From positions 1-63,567 of IMG/VR virus record IMGVR_UViG_3300036783_000072: 63,567 nt of DNA; one strand, given 5' to 3'. Under the pieces are notes generated by a model, which had not been told where the DNA came from, did not search any database, and saw nothing but the letters and a program-made list of their open reading frames with translations. A program made the position numbers and the translations under genes. Shown here piece after piece: positions 1-9,698 of the stretch. This DNA is from a virus (lineage: Duplodnaviria; Caudoviricetes). How positions within the stretch are numbered: the stretch's first letter is position 1; every line of letters starts with the position of its first letter.

Positions 1-127
1 GGGTCTTTATAAGACTCTCTAGCCCCTTAAACCACCCAAACCCCGTGGACAGCCCAGGGTAATAGGACAACACCTAATAAGACCTTACATAAAATAGGAG
101 AATATAACCAGGTACTTATTAAGGAAA
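1..127. repeat. Terminal direct repeat, identical to 63441..63567 (probable circular-assembly overlap)
   Basis: 1..127 matches 63441..63567 exactly; 127 is a common assembler k-mer size. Confidence 0.95.
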
Positions 128-183
128 GTATTATATAATTAATATATAAGGTAATAACAATAACTAAACAGGAGTGATATATA

Positions 184-363
184 ATGGAGAAACACACACT
201 AGAAGGTATCATAAGAGCAGCTGCGGCGTTTAATAAGATAAAGTATAACGAACTAAACGGGGAAGGTAGAAACTTGTATAACGTAACAGAAGATATAATC
301 TTCTTGTTTAACGCACTAACAGAGGAACATAAGAAAGAAGATAACGAAGAAGAGGGTGAGTAA
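184..363 (+). CDS. 59-aa hypothetical early protein with acidic C-terminus (not in ORF track)
   Basis: AGGAG(TG) RBS, ATG at 184, MEKHTLEG...EEEGE*, class-A promoter at 134-150, downstream hairpin ~376-401. Confidence 0.7.
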   Translation: MEKHTLEGIIRAAAAFNKIKYNELNGEGRNLYNVTEDIIFLFNALTEEHKKEDNEEEGE

Positions 364-940
364 TAGTTTAACCAGAGAGTGATTCCTTAGTGAGTCACTC
401 TTCCTTTAACGTAATAGAGTGTCGTTGCTTAGCGTATAACACTGTACCCCGGGAACACACTACCCGGAAAAAAGCAGCGCGGAGTACTCGTCGAAACCCG
501 GGGGCATTAGGGTGCTTGCCAGTTCAAACACATGTATTCTTGCATCATGTTCCATAGGTGTTACCCCCGGAATCTGCCTAGGAGGCAAAGGCAGCTACGT
601 ACCAGGGTGTGGATACAAAAATACATAGCACATGGACAGACGCTTCGCTAACAACATGATCATACGCTTGCACAGGTGGATAGCATACACATTACTAAAC
701 AGCCGCACACTATGTAACAACATACAGAGACTTACGCTTGACTAGGTGGATAAGACACCACTGAAACAACATGAGACTGTAACCATGCGAGCGGCGACTA
801 TGCTTCGCGTACACCCACACCTGGTACGTCAAAGATGGCAGAAACTGACATACCAACGAGTTGGTAACTCAGCATTCGCAGACAAACAAAACACGGGTGT
901 ATCTCGAAAGACCAGCCTAGCCCTGTAAAAATAGCCAAAC

Positions 941-972
941 AAAAACCCGAAGGAACGGCGAACCTCCGGGTT
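941..972 (-). terminator. Intrinsic terminator after SASP gene
   Basis: Minus strand AACCCGGAGG-loop-CCTTCGGGTT followed by T run. Confidence 0.75.
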
Positions 973-981
973 AATCCTTAC

Positions 982-1344
982 TTAACTAAACATTTGACCG
1001 CTATTCGGCGCATCATCGACAGTCCCTGAAGCATGCGGTGTTGTGTTTCCATTGTTGGAAACTTGACGCACTTCATCCTTCGGTGGCATTACTTCTTCTG
1101 GCATTAATCTCTCTTCCCCTGCTTTATGTCTCTGCATGATCTGATATTGCCCGGCCGCCGTTATCCTACGGACCATTTCTCCACCAATCTGCCCTACTTG
1201 CAGTGTTGTTAGGTTCTTGAAGTTACCATCTTTGTGGATTAAATGATCTAGGCCTAAATCACTTGCAATCTCCATCTTGAATGCTTCCATTGCCGGTTCA
1301 GCTCCATGAACTAAAACCTGATGTCTTCCGCCTCGTCTTGGCAT
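982..1344 (-). CDS. Alpha/beta-type small acid-soluble spore protein (SASP) with C-terminal extension
   Basis: LVHGAEPAMEAFKMEIASDLGL and GQIGGEMVRR match the two conserved SASP helices, including the EIASE-like GPR site; AGGAGG RBS. Confidence 0.85.
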   Translation of the reverse strand: MPRRGGRHQVLVHGAEPAMEAFKMEIASDLGLDHLIHKDGNFKNLTTLQVGQIGGEMVRRITAAGQYQIMQRHKAGEERLMPEEVMPPKDEVRQVSNNGNTTPHASGTVDDAPNSGQMFS

Positions 1345-1399
1345 GCTTATTCCTCCTGTGTAGAAAAGTTGTATAAACTAAAGATTTTAGCTTATAATA

Positions 1400-1430
1400 T
1401 ATTATGACCCTAAACGCAATAAATTATTAC
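1400..1430 (-). promoter_or_regulatory. Candidate sporulation-sigma (SigF/SigG-like) promoter for SASP
   Basis: Minus strand GTAATA-N15-GGTCATAATA (equivalently TAATA-N18-CATAATA). Confidence 0.5.
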
Positions 1431-1525
1431 GAGATTCTAAAAATAGTTTACGAGTTTACCTAATTAGACAAAGACACTTTCGTTGATTCAACTTACAGGA
1501 ATTTTGAAAATAAAGTCTCTCCAAG

Positions 1526-1565
1526 GTTCAATTCAGATTCAAAATGTATAATATATAAATATAAG
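1526..1565 (+). promoter_or_regulatory. Class-B phage promoter (1 of 6) upstream of the packaging/structural operon
   Basis: GTTCAA-N17-TAATATATAAATATAAG, same 40-bp layout as five other copies. Confidence 0.75.
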
Positions 1566-1680
1566 AAGGGATGCGACACCCAACAATAAAGCCCTAAGTG
1601 ACCGTCGCGTCATTTACCTACATGTCAATATAGTGTGGCCCATTCCCTTCTACCACTATTATAAAGGAGGGGAGAAATCT

Positions 1681-2553
1681 ATGACGAACAAATTACCAGC
1701 GATCCAATGGGACCCGGGTAAACACTCGTTCAACCAAAAGCTCGGTAACTTCGTACAGTATTTCCAAGTAAACCTCCCAACTAATGGTAGTGGTATTCCT
1801 TTACAACTTATCGATCCTACGGTTATATCACCACAGTTACTCGAGTGTGAGACTACCGATGACGTAGCTGACGCAGTAGTAGAAGAAGCAACCTTAACTG
1901 TTGACCTAGATGAAGGAATTCCTGCCATTGATGGTTTACCAATTTGGGAACGCTTTGATGGAGAACAGCTAGATTATTACAAATTGTTTAAAGAGTACCG
2001 TGAGATGTTATATATTTCGGGTTCCAGAGCATTTGTAAAAGTAGCTAATAACCATAATATGGAAGGTAAGGTAATAAGCACGTTAGCGAAAGTGTACCAC
2101 TGGCATCATAGATGCAAAGCTTACGACTTCCACAAACGAATGGAAGCCGAAAGAAAGAGACACTTTGAACGTGAACAACTAGAGAACAAACACTCAAAAA
2201 CAGCATCAACACTGTTAGAGCGTGGTTTGGAATATTTAGAGGCACATCCTGAACAGCTGAATCCAAAGACGGCATTACAAATGATCGAAATGGGTATGAA
2301 AGCTGGCCGATTGGCAATGGGGATGAGTCCTGACAAGCCGGGTATAGGTGGTGAATCTTCTGGGACGAATATTAATATTCAGCAAACCGCTGCTATTAGT
2401 GAGCCAACAGAAGGAAGTTCAATCACTATAAATAATAATGTAACGAAAGAAGATACAGACTATCTTCAATCGGTTGTGCATATACTAGAACAATCTGGTG
2501 CCTTTGACAAGGAGCCAAAGATTATAGAAGCCGAGTTTAGCGAAGCAGAGTAA
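1681..2553 (+). CDS. Putative terminase small subunit
   Basis: WERFDGE..YKLFKEY..W..R..AYD pattern seen in TerS-like proteins; first gene of the late operon; AGGAGG RBS before ATG 1681. Confidence 0.6.
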   Translation: MTNKLPAIQWDPGKHSFNQKLGNFVQYFQVNLPTNGSGIPLQLIDPTVISPQLLECETTDDVADAVVEEATLTVDLDEGIPAIDGLPIWERFDGEQLDYYKLFKEYREMLYISGSRAFVKVANNHNMEGKVISTLAKVYHWHHRCKAYDFHKRMEAERKRHFEREQLENKHSKTASTLLERGLEYLEAHPEQLNPKTALQMIEMGMKAGRLAMGMSPDKPGIGGESSGTNINIQQTAAISEPTEGSSITINNNVTKEDTDYLQSVVHILEQSGAFDKEPKIIEAEFSEAE

Positions 2554-2592
2554 CTTTGGTCTTGCGAAGGCACCTGTTTTCTCCCTTTGATT

Positions 2593-2623
2593 AGAAGTCC
2601 GTCATGTGTCGGGCTTCTTTTTT
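2593..2623 (+). terminator. Intrinsic terminator inside the late operon
   Basis: AGAAGTCCG/CGGGCTTCT stem followed by T6. Confidence 0.7.
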
Positions 2624-2658
2624 GCCATCTATACCAATTAGAAGGTAGGAGGATGCAA

Positions 2659-3252
2659 ATGGGAAATATTCAAGGTGAAGAACGCACAGACTTGCATTTG
2701 TCACGGGCTGTAAAGAAAGTTATGATTGTTGCCGAAGACCCTTCCATCGAAGGAATTGATAGAACGGATTTGTATCTAAGCCGCGACGTACAGAAAGTTG
2801 TACTTGTTGGTGGAGGTGCAACCACTAAAGATGCCGGAGGAGGAATTCCAGGACCGCAAGGACCTAAGGGAGATAAAGGCGACAAAGGAGATCCGGGAAA
2901 AGATGCTGTTGTTGAGATTATTAATAATCTTACTGCTGGCGGAGCTACTAAAGCATTATCTGCCGAGATGGGAAAACAGTTGGGTATTCAGGTTAACGAA
3001 GCCCTAAATGACAATACCGTCACGAAAGAGGCAGTTGTAGAAGCTTTATTAGAACTCGATCCAAACTTAGACATAACCACAGCAAGTGACTGGCTTGCAA
3101 TCATTGAAGCTATTGCTACAATAGAAAGTGGTGGAGGAACACCAGGGGTACCACTAGGACCAAAGAAACCTATCGAGGAAATCGTATCTTTCGATGTTAG
3201 TAAGTACCCGGTAACAGACAGAAATGAAGTAACGTTGGAGGTGAAACCTTGA
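2659..3252 (+). CDS. Collagen-repeat virion fibre/decoration protein
   Basis: GXY run (GIPGPQGPKGDKGDKGDPGKD) and tail-fibre-type INNLT..ALSAEMGK repeat; start placed after AGGAGG. Confidence 0.65.
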   Translation: MGNIQGEERTDLHLSRAVKKVMIVAEDPSIEGIDRTDLYLSRDVQKVVLVGGGATTKDAGGGIPGPQGPKGDKGDKGDPGKDAVVEIINNLTAGGATKALSAEMGKQLGIQVNEALNDNTVTKEAVVEALLELDPNLDITTASDWLAIIEAIATIESGGGTPGVPLGPKKPIEEIVSFDVSKYPVTDRNEVTLEVKP

Positions 3253-4430
3253 AGGAAGAGACAATCACGATTCCTGAAATGGGAATCCGCGGCCTAATTA
3301 AGGTTGAACTTAGAGATTCCCAGACAGGAGAAATCACTAATGAACTTGAGACACACAATTTCATTTCCCCTAAAATAATTAAGACCCTTTATGCCCTAAA
3401 GGTTATGGACATCTTTACGACAGGGAGATTGAAGGCTGGATTTTCTCCTTCATCCCTAATGAAAGATCCATTTGCCCAGATATCACTCACAGATGCGACA
3501 CACCCAGAAGATCCAACAACTGAGTGGTTACGAAAAGGTCAGTTAGTAGCTTGGGCGTTATCAGACGCTTCCTATACTGGAAATAGTACGGTACAGGGTA
3601 GATATAACACTGCCGAAAGTACAACAGACTTCAAAAGTGTTAAAATGGTTTTCGATTTCGACACAAATGTAGGTAATGGGACTTTCCAGAGTATCTACTT
3701 CAACCCGAAAGACAGTGTATACGGAAGTGGGGGAGCAACGCCGGGGATAGCAAATCTACGCAGTCTAAAAGTTTTTGGGGGTAAGCGCTACCGACTTACT
3801 TCGCTAACGAGTACATCAAACGCCCTATTTGAGGAGCTTGATGCCGACGACAATCCGGTGTCTTCCTTCGATCTTGGCGATGCTACAATCAGGGACTTCC
3901 ATATTAGAAATAATGTAATTTATTACGTTCGAGATTCCGTAACGAAGTCAGTACAGTCGGCTCCACTAGCTACCCCGAACGTCTTAACGGCGGTTATTAA
4001 CTTACCATTCAATGCCGTTGGGGGATTATACTTCAACGAGAAGACAAAAGAATGGTACTTTGCTAACTATTCAGGTAACAATACTCTTTGGCTCATATAC
4101 AATGAAGCACTTACTACGGAGCTACGAAGAGAACCAATACAAACAGCCGCTGGAGTTTCTGTTGGAGCTAGTTATGCGGCGGGCCCGGTCACACAAGATG
4201 GCGACTTCCTCTTCATAGGACGTTATTACCTAGATGAGAAAGGTCACGGGTTCGAAATGGATAGGACTAATGTTTGTCGTGGGATAGACGATAAGTTCTA
4301 TTACATCCCAGGGTTCAGATATCCTAAAACATCTATTGGTTCTCGTGCCTTGTTGAAGACACCTATCACAAAGGACAGCACACAAACAATGAAGATAACA
4401 TACGAATTTATCTTACCGAATTGGCTTTAG
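3249..4430 (+). CDS. Virion fibre/baseplate-associated protein
   Basis: N-terminal IKVEL..TGE..ETHN and C-terminal PITKDSTQTMKITYEF, typical of phage structural proteins; beta-rich insert. Confidence 0.5.
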   Translation: MKEETITIPEMGIRGLIKVELRDSQTGEITNELETHNFISPKIIKTLYALKVMDIFTTGRLKAGFSPSSLMKDPFAQISLTDATHPEDPTTEWLRKGQLVAWALSDASYTGNSTVQGRYNTAESTTDFKSVKMVFDFDTNVGNGTFQSIYFNPKDSVYGSGGATPGIANLRSLKVFGGKRYRLTSLTSTSNALFEELDADDNPVSSFDLGDATIRDFHIRNNVIYYVRDSVTKSVQSAPLATPNVLTAVINLPFNAVGGLYFNEKTKEWYFANYSGNNTLWLIYNEALTTELRREPIQTAAGVSVGASYAAGPVTQDGDFLFIGRYYLDEKGHGFEMDRTNVCRGIDDKFYYIPGFRYPKTSIGSRALLKTPITKDSTQTMKITYEFILPNWL

Positions 4431-4440
4431 GAGGGATAAA

Positions 4441-5289
4441 ATGGCAATCGACGGAGAAAACAGAGATGACCTACATTTATCCCGCGAAGTGCAAAAGGTT
4501 GTAGTTGTCGGAGGCGGTGGTGGCGAAGGTATTCCAGGACCTAAAGGCCCTAAAGGTGATAAGGGCGATCCAGGAGATTCAGGCAAGGCTCCTGCAATCA
4601 TTAACAACCTTACTACCGGAGGTACCACAGCAATTCTATCGGCGGAAATGGGGAAGGTTATGAATACTAATCTCGGAGCTGCTTCCGATGGACGAAGTGT
4701 TAAGGAAGGCATCATAGATGCATTTATGCAACTTGATCCTAACCTCGGACTTACCTATACTAGTACCTGGGCTGAGATAACCGCCGCAATAGCTAACATT
4801 GAAACCGGTGGCGGAGGCGAATATAACCTCCCAGCGTTTATTTCGAACTTCGACCCTAACCGCGACTTATTATTAGTTCTTGATCGGGGTCCTTTTTATG
4901 GTAAACCCGAACAAAATGGTCAATATGTTGTTGTACTAGGACAGAATAAGACATTGTGTCGTGTCCTATGGACAACGTCACCGGAATATAATCCGAAATA
5001 TGATGTTGACTATTCCCTGGGAAAAGGAAAAACCCTTTACTTAGGAACACAGCCGATATCCCAGAAACTTTTTAGATATTATACGGATTACTCACAAACC
5101 GGATTTGCCAATGGAACGCTCAATTCTTCTAACTGGGCATTTGGTCTTTCGGGAACTATTGACCGTAATGGGGATAATCTTCTTGCTGGTATCGTTTATT
5201 GTAATACCGACCTAACGGACATTACAGAAAAGATTGTATACCGACCAGCAGATCCTAAATTATCATATATACTAAATACAAGAGCATAA
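4441..5289 (+). CDS. Collagen-repeat fibre protein, paralogue of 2659..3252
   Basis: Shares RxDLHLSR.V.KV, GXY run, INNLTTGG..LSAEMGK and LDPNL blocks; distinct C-terminal domain. Confidence 0.65.
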   Translation: MAIDGENRDDLHLSREVQKVVVVGGGGGEGIPGPKGPKGDKGDPGDSGKAPAIINNLTTGGTTAILSAEMGKVMNTNLGAASDGRSVKEGIIDAFMQLDPNLGLTYTSTWAEITAAIANIETGGGGEYNLPAFISNFDPNRDLLLVLDRGPFYGKPEQNGQYVVVLGQNKTLCRVLWTTSPEYNPKYDVDYSLGKGKTLYLGTQPISQKLFRYYTDYSQTGFANGTLNSSNWAFGLSGTIDRNGDNLLAGIVYCNTDLTDITEKIVYRPADPKLSYILNTRA

Positions 5290-5293
5290 GGAG

Positions 5294-6730
5294 GTGAGAG
5301 CTTTGGCTCTAGGACAAATTCCAATTAACGCACTAGCAAGGACGGAACAGATACAGATCGCAAAGCTCTTGCAACCTAAACAAACCGAATATATTATACA
5401 CAAACCTTACCCGAAACAAGCAGCTTTCATGTTGCTAGAAGGTAAGGAAGCTTTCTACGGAGGAGCTGCTGGTGGAGGAAAGTCCGACGCCTTACTAATG
5501 TGTGCCTTACAGTATGTAGACACACCAGGATATAGTGCTATTATCTTCCGTAAGACGTTTGCAGATTTAGTAAAGCCTGGAGCCTTGATAGACAGGGCCC
5601 AAGAGTGGCTTTCCCCCTGGACAACAACGAAGCAGGTGCGTTGGGTAGATAAAGAGAAGAAATTCGTATTTCCTTCCGGTGCAATATTGCAGTTCGGATA
5701 TATGGAAACGGCGAATGACCGCTTTAACTACCAGGGTGGGGAATATCAGTTCATAGGATTCGATGAAGTAACTCATATGTTAGAACAATGTTATACTTAC
5801 ATGTTCTCACGGTTACGTCGTCTTAAGACTGCAATGGATATCCCATTGCGTATTAGAGCGGCATCCAATCCGCCCGATGATGGGGATAATGCAGAATGGG
5901 TATATGATAGATTCGTTAATCCGAAGACTAAAGACCCAAAACGTATCTTCATTGCCGCTGGAATGGATGACAACCCGCATTTAGATGCTGAGTCATACGT
6001 TGAAGCCTTAGAAGAACTGGATCCAGTTACTCGTGCCCGCTTACGTGATGGATTGTGGGAGATCCGTAGAACAGGTAATATGTTCAAGCGTGATTGGTAC
6101 GAGGAAGTAGAATCGGCACCCCCAGGACGACGAACCGTTCGTTTCTGGGACTGTGCTGCTACTGAAGTCGACCCAGTCAAGAAGAAACGCGGAAAAGGAC
6201 CTGACTGGACTGTTGGTTTGAAGCTCAGTGAAAAGGGTGGAGTTTATTACCTAGAAGACATTGAGCATAAGCAGATGAGTGCAATGCAGGTTGAACAATT
6301 ACAGAAACAAACAGCACAAGCTGATGGATATAACGTAAAGATTCGAGAGGAAGAAGAACCCGGTGCTTCAGGTAAATATACCATTGAGAAGAAGCGTAGG
6401 GAGCTCTTGAAAGGCTTTGCATATGAAGGCGTTAGGAATACCGGTAATAAGATAGAAAGAGCAATGGCAGTATCTGCTGCATCCGAACGCGGAGCTATTA
6501 AGATTGTGAAGGGTTGTAGGAACCTTGATAAGTTCTATGATGAACTGGAAGGTTTCCCAGCAGCCCCACATGATGACTTAGTTGATGGTTTGTCCGGAGC
6601 ATTTAATGCCTTAGGAATAGTTCCTCTGTTCGGATTGCCTACTGCCGTAGGAGCTGATGATAACAGTTCTTCGTACTGGGAAGAATCCGGTGGAAGTGAT
6701 GAGACTTACGGCAGTTATTGGCAATCATAA
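5294..6730 (+). CDS. terL: Terminase large subunit
   Basis: Walker A YGGAAGGGKS, Walker B IGFDE, ASNP, RNase H-like WD..D..HDD.VD; true start may be TTG at 5303. Confidence 0.95.
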   Translation: MRALALGQIPINALARTEQIQIAKLLQPKQTEYIIHKPYPKQAAFMLLEGKEAFYGGAAGGGKSDALLMCALQYVDTPGYSAIIFRKTFADLVKPGALIDRAQEWLSPWTTTKQVRWVDKEKKFVFPSGAILQFGYMETANDRFNYQGGEYQFIGFDEVTHMLEQCYTYMFSRLRRLKTAMDIPLRIRAASNPPDDGDNAEWVYDRFVNPKTKDPKRIFIAAGMDDNPHLDAESYVEALEELDPVTRARLRDGLWEIRRTGNMFKRDWYEEVESAPPGRRTVRFWDCAATEVDPVKKKRGKGPDWTVGLKLSEKGGVYYLEDIEHKQMSAMQVEQLQKQTAQADGYNVKIREEEEPGASGKYTIEKKRRELLKGFAYEGVRNTGNKIERAMAVSAASERGAIKIVKGCRNLDKFYDELEGFPAAPHDDLVDGLSGAFNALGIVPLFGLPTAVGADDNSSSYWEESGGSDETYGSYWQS

Positions 6731-6746
6731 GAAAGGAGGTTAACCA

Positions 6747-8141
6747 ATGGAGAAAGATCCAAATGAATCCACATTCCATCCTGACTATACCGAAATAGGA
6801 ACTACCGGTATAAATAGATGGGGTGGAGATATTTATGAGGAGTTCTTGACTCAACTACAGTATCCACAAGCTGCAAAGATATACAAGGAGATGGCAGATA
6901 ACGATCCTACGATTGGTGCTATCCTTTATATGACCGAGCAATTGATTAGAAAAGCTGGTTGGGAAGTTAGACAGGCAGGCGAAACACCAGCCGATATTGA
7001 AGCCGCGGAGTTCTTACAAAGTTGTATGGACGACATGAGTATGTCGTGGGCAAATACCGTATCAGAGATTTTGTCGATGATTACCTATGGATTTAGTTTC
7101 CACGAAATCGTATATAAAATACGAAAGGGACCTAATGAGAAAAGTTCAAAATACCGTAGTAAACATACTGACGGGCGAATCGGATGGGCAAAGATCCCTT
7201 CAAGGTCACAGCACACCTTAACTGGTTGGGAAATGGCCGATAACGGTGACGTTAAAGGCTATAAACAACAAGCTCCGCCACAGTATAAACCAGTAGTGAT
7301 CCCACTGAGCAAAGGATTACTTTTCAGGACTAAAGTAGCTAGAGATAATCCGGAAGGAAGATCTTTACTGCGAAATGCCTACCGTCCTTGGTACTTCAAG
7401 AAACGTATTGAAGAAATCGAAGGTATTGGTATTGAAAGGGACTTAGCTGGTTTACCAGTTATCACACCACCAGCTGATATTGATATTTGGGATCCAGAGA
7501 ATCCAAATGCAAAACGTGTTAAAGGGATGGCAGAAATGCTAGTACGTAATGTTCGAAGAGACCGAAGTGAGGGTATTGTATTACCTCATGGATGGACTTT
7601 AGACCTTATGAGTACTGGTGGTTCCCGTCAATTTGATACGAATGCTATTATCAATCGTTACGATAACCGTATAGCAATTACAATGCTAGCAGATATCGTA
7701 ATGATGGGTGGGGATAAAGTAGGATCATTTGCACTAGGTGAAGTTAAAAAGAGTTTACTAGCTTCTTCTTTAGAGGCATTAGTACAACACATAGCAGATA
7801 CTTTAAACACCTTTGCAGTGCCTAAGTTGTTCTCGTTTAACTATTTCCCAGGAATAACTGATTTCCCTCAGATTAAGCCCGGCGAAGTAGAAACACCTGA
7901 CATCAAAGAGATGGCATTCTTATTAAGAGCCGGGGGGTTAAAGGTTGATAAAGATCTTGCCCTGATGAACTTAATCAGACGCCTAATCAGCTTAGACCCA
8001 ATCACAGAAGATGAACTTGAGGAAATGTATCCTGAAGTTACAGAACCTGCAGTAAGTACAGATCCTTTGCAGAATAGTGTTGATGAAGATCCACTCGGAC
8101 ATTCAATGGACGATGGAGATCAGAACTATGAAGCTAAATAA
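6747..8141 (+). CDS. Portal protein (Mu gp29/DUF935-like)
   Basis: Follows TerL; YGFSFHE, NPEGRSLLR, GSFALGEV motifs. Confidence 0.85.
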   Translation: MEKDPNESTFHPDYTEIGTTGINRWGGDIYEEFLTQLQYPQAAKIYKEMADNDPTIGAILYMTEQLIRKAGWEVRQAGETPADIEAAEFLQSCMDDMSMSWANTVSEILSMITYGFSFHEIVYKIRKGPNEKSSKYRSKHTDGRIGWAKIPSRSQHTLTGWEMADNGDVKGYKQQAPPQYKPVVIPLSKGLLFRTKVARDNPEGRSLLRNAYRPWYFKKRIEEIEGIGIERDLAGLPVITPPADIDIWDPENPNAKRVKGMAEMLVRNVRRDRSEGIVLPHGWTLDLMSTGGSRQFDTNAIINRYDNRIAITMLADIVMMGGDKVGSFALGEVKKSLLASSLEALVQHIADTLNTFAVPKLFSFNYFPGITDFPQIKPGEVETPDIKEMAFLLRAGGLKVDKDLALMNLIRRLISLDPITEDELEEMYPEVTEPAVSTDPLQNSVDEDPLGHSMDDGDQNYEAK

Positions 8142-8155
8142 AGGAGGTGAAATAA

Positions 8156-8896
8156 TTGCCGTATATTGATACGTACTCCAGATTCAGAACAATACTTGTT
8201 CCTGAAGCTGATGAAGATTATGCCGCCTTCCAAGGCCGAGTAGTGCCTGCTATGATGACACTTGATCCTTCCTTGGATAACGAATGTGCAAGCAGGCAAG
8301 CATATGACGCTTGGGTAGCATATCTAATGGAATCTGCTACTGAAGTAACATTAACTATGAAGCGTGATTTCTACAGTTGGGGAGATGTATACCTAAATGG
8401 TGGCTATTGGGACGAATGGAAGATAACCGATATCTTAAGTGCCACTGTGGCTAAAGCCGATCTGACTTATAGCACGTTGGCGAAGGCAAAAGCCGCTGAG
8501 GGTGAACGGTTCAGTATTGCCAAGTCCGTTGAAGATGAACAGCTTGTCTTCGGTTGGGCCAACATTGCAATTGACGCAAATGGACAATATCCAGTTGATT
8601 GGGATGGTGATGTAACGGATCCGGGTGATTTAGAAAAGTCCGCTTATGAATTTGTACTTAAGTACAGAGCAACAGGCGAACAGCATCAGGGTGAGGTTAA
8701 AGGCGATTTAGTTGAAAGTGTTATGTTCACCAAAGAGAAGCAAGCTGCTATGGGAATTCCTGACGGAGTTGTCCCTGAAGGGTGGTGGGTTGGATTCCAT
8801 GTGCCTGATGCCGAGGTCTTTGCTAAGATTAAGAGCGGAGAATACGAAATGTTCTCTGTTGAAGGTAGTGCAATTCGTGAAAAACTCGACGCTTGA
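8156..8896 (+). CDS. XkdF-like putative prohead serine protease
   Basis: QLVFGWA, DWDGD, LEKSAYEF, GWWVG, FSVEG motifs. Confidence 0.75.
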   Translation: MPYIDTYSRFRTILVPEADEDYAAFQGRVVPAMMTLDPSLDNECASRQAYDAWVAYLMESATEVTLTMKRDFYSWGDVYLNGGYWDEWKITDILSATVAKADLTYSTLAKAKAAEGERFSIAKSVEDEQLVFGWANIAIDANGQYPVDWDGDVTDPGDLEKSAYEFVLKYRATGEQHQGEVKGDLVESVMFTKEKQAAMGIPDGVVPEGWWVGFHVPDAEVFAKIKSGEYEMFSVEGSAIREKLDA

Positions 8897-8911
8897 GAGG
8901 AGGTGAACTAA

Positions 8912-9682
8912 ATGCCTGAAATTATGCCTTGGCATAAAACAAAGCTTATTGACCCTACTTATACACGAGTAGATCTTGTGAAGGAGGGAGCCAATTCCCA
9001 AGCGCACATTAAACTTTTTAAGTCCAAAGGAGGACAAGAGGATATGAAGTTAGAAGAGATTTTAGCTAAAATGAAGCCGGAACATTCGGCAATCGTGAAA
9101 GAAGCCATTGATACGGCTAATGAGGAAGCAACTAAAGCAAAGAACGACTTGGAAGAAATGAAAGATACCGTCGAAAAGAATAAAAAACCTGAAGCGGGTA
9201 CTTCACCAGAAGAAATCCTTAAATCAGTTAAAGACCCAGCGGTTCGTGCTTTATTAGAGCAGAATATTGCTAAAACAGCAGCAGCTGAAAGTGTTGCGAA
9301 AGCATTGAAAGAAGAGCAAGATACGGCAGAAGCAATCGCAAAAGCTAAAGAAGTACCTAATATTGGTGCTGAAGAAGCTAAAATGGCTGACATCTACAAG
9401 AAAATTAAAGGTCATGATAGCGAATTAGCTACTGAAGTGTTTGGAATCATGAAAGCTGCGAGTGCTTTAATTGCTGAAGGTGGCGTAATGACTGAAATTG
9501 GCAAAGCTGCCGGTTCTGCAGACAATACACTAGGTTCAGAAGGTGATGCTTGGAGCAAGATTGAAACAATGGCTTCTGAAATTGCTAAATCTTCTAACGT
9601 ATCACAAGCTACTGCTATTACACAAGTAATTAAAGAGAATTCGGGTCTATACAACGACTACATCAAAGCCCAACAAGGCTAA
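8912..9682 (+). CDS. Capsid scaffold-like protein
   Basis: Ala/Glu/Lys-rich coiled-coil sequence between protease and capsid genes. Confidence 0.55.
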   Translation: MPEIMPWHKTKLIDPTYTRVDLVKEGANSQAHIKLFKSKGGQEDMKLEEILAKMKPEHSAIVKEAIDTANEEATKAKNDLEEMKDTVEKNKKPEAGTSPEEILKSVKDPAVRALLEQNIAKTAAAESVAKALKEEQDTAEAIAKAKEVPNIGAEEAKMADIYKKIKGHDSELATEVFGIMKAASALIAEGGVMTEIGKAAGSADNTLGSEGDAWSKIETMASEIAKSSNVSQATAITQVIKENSGLYNDYIKAQQG

Positions 9683-9698
9683 TAGGAGGAATTAAACA

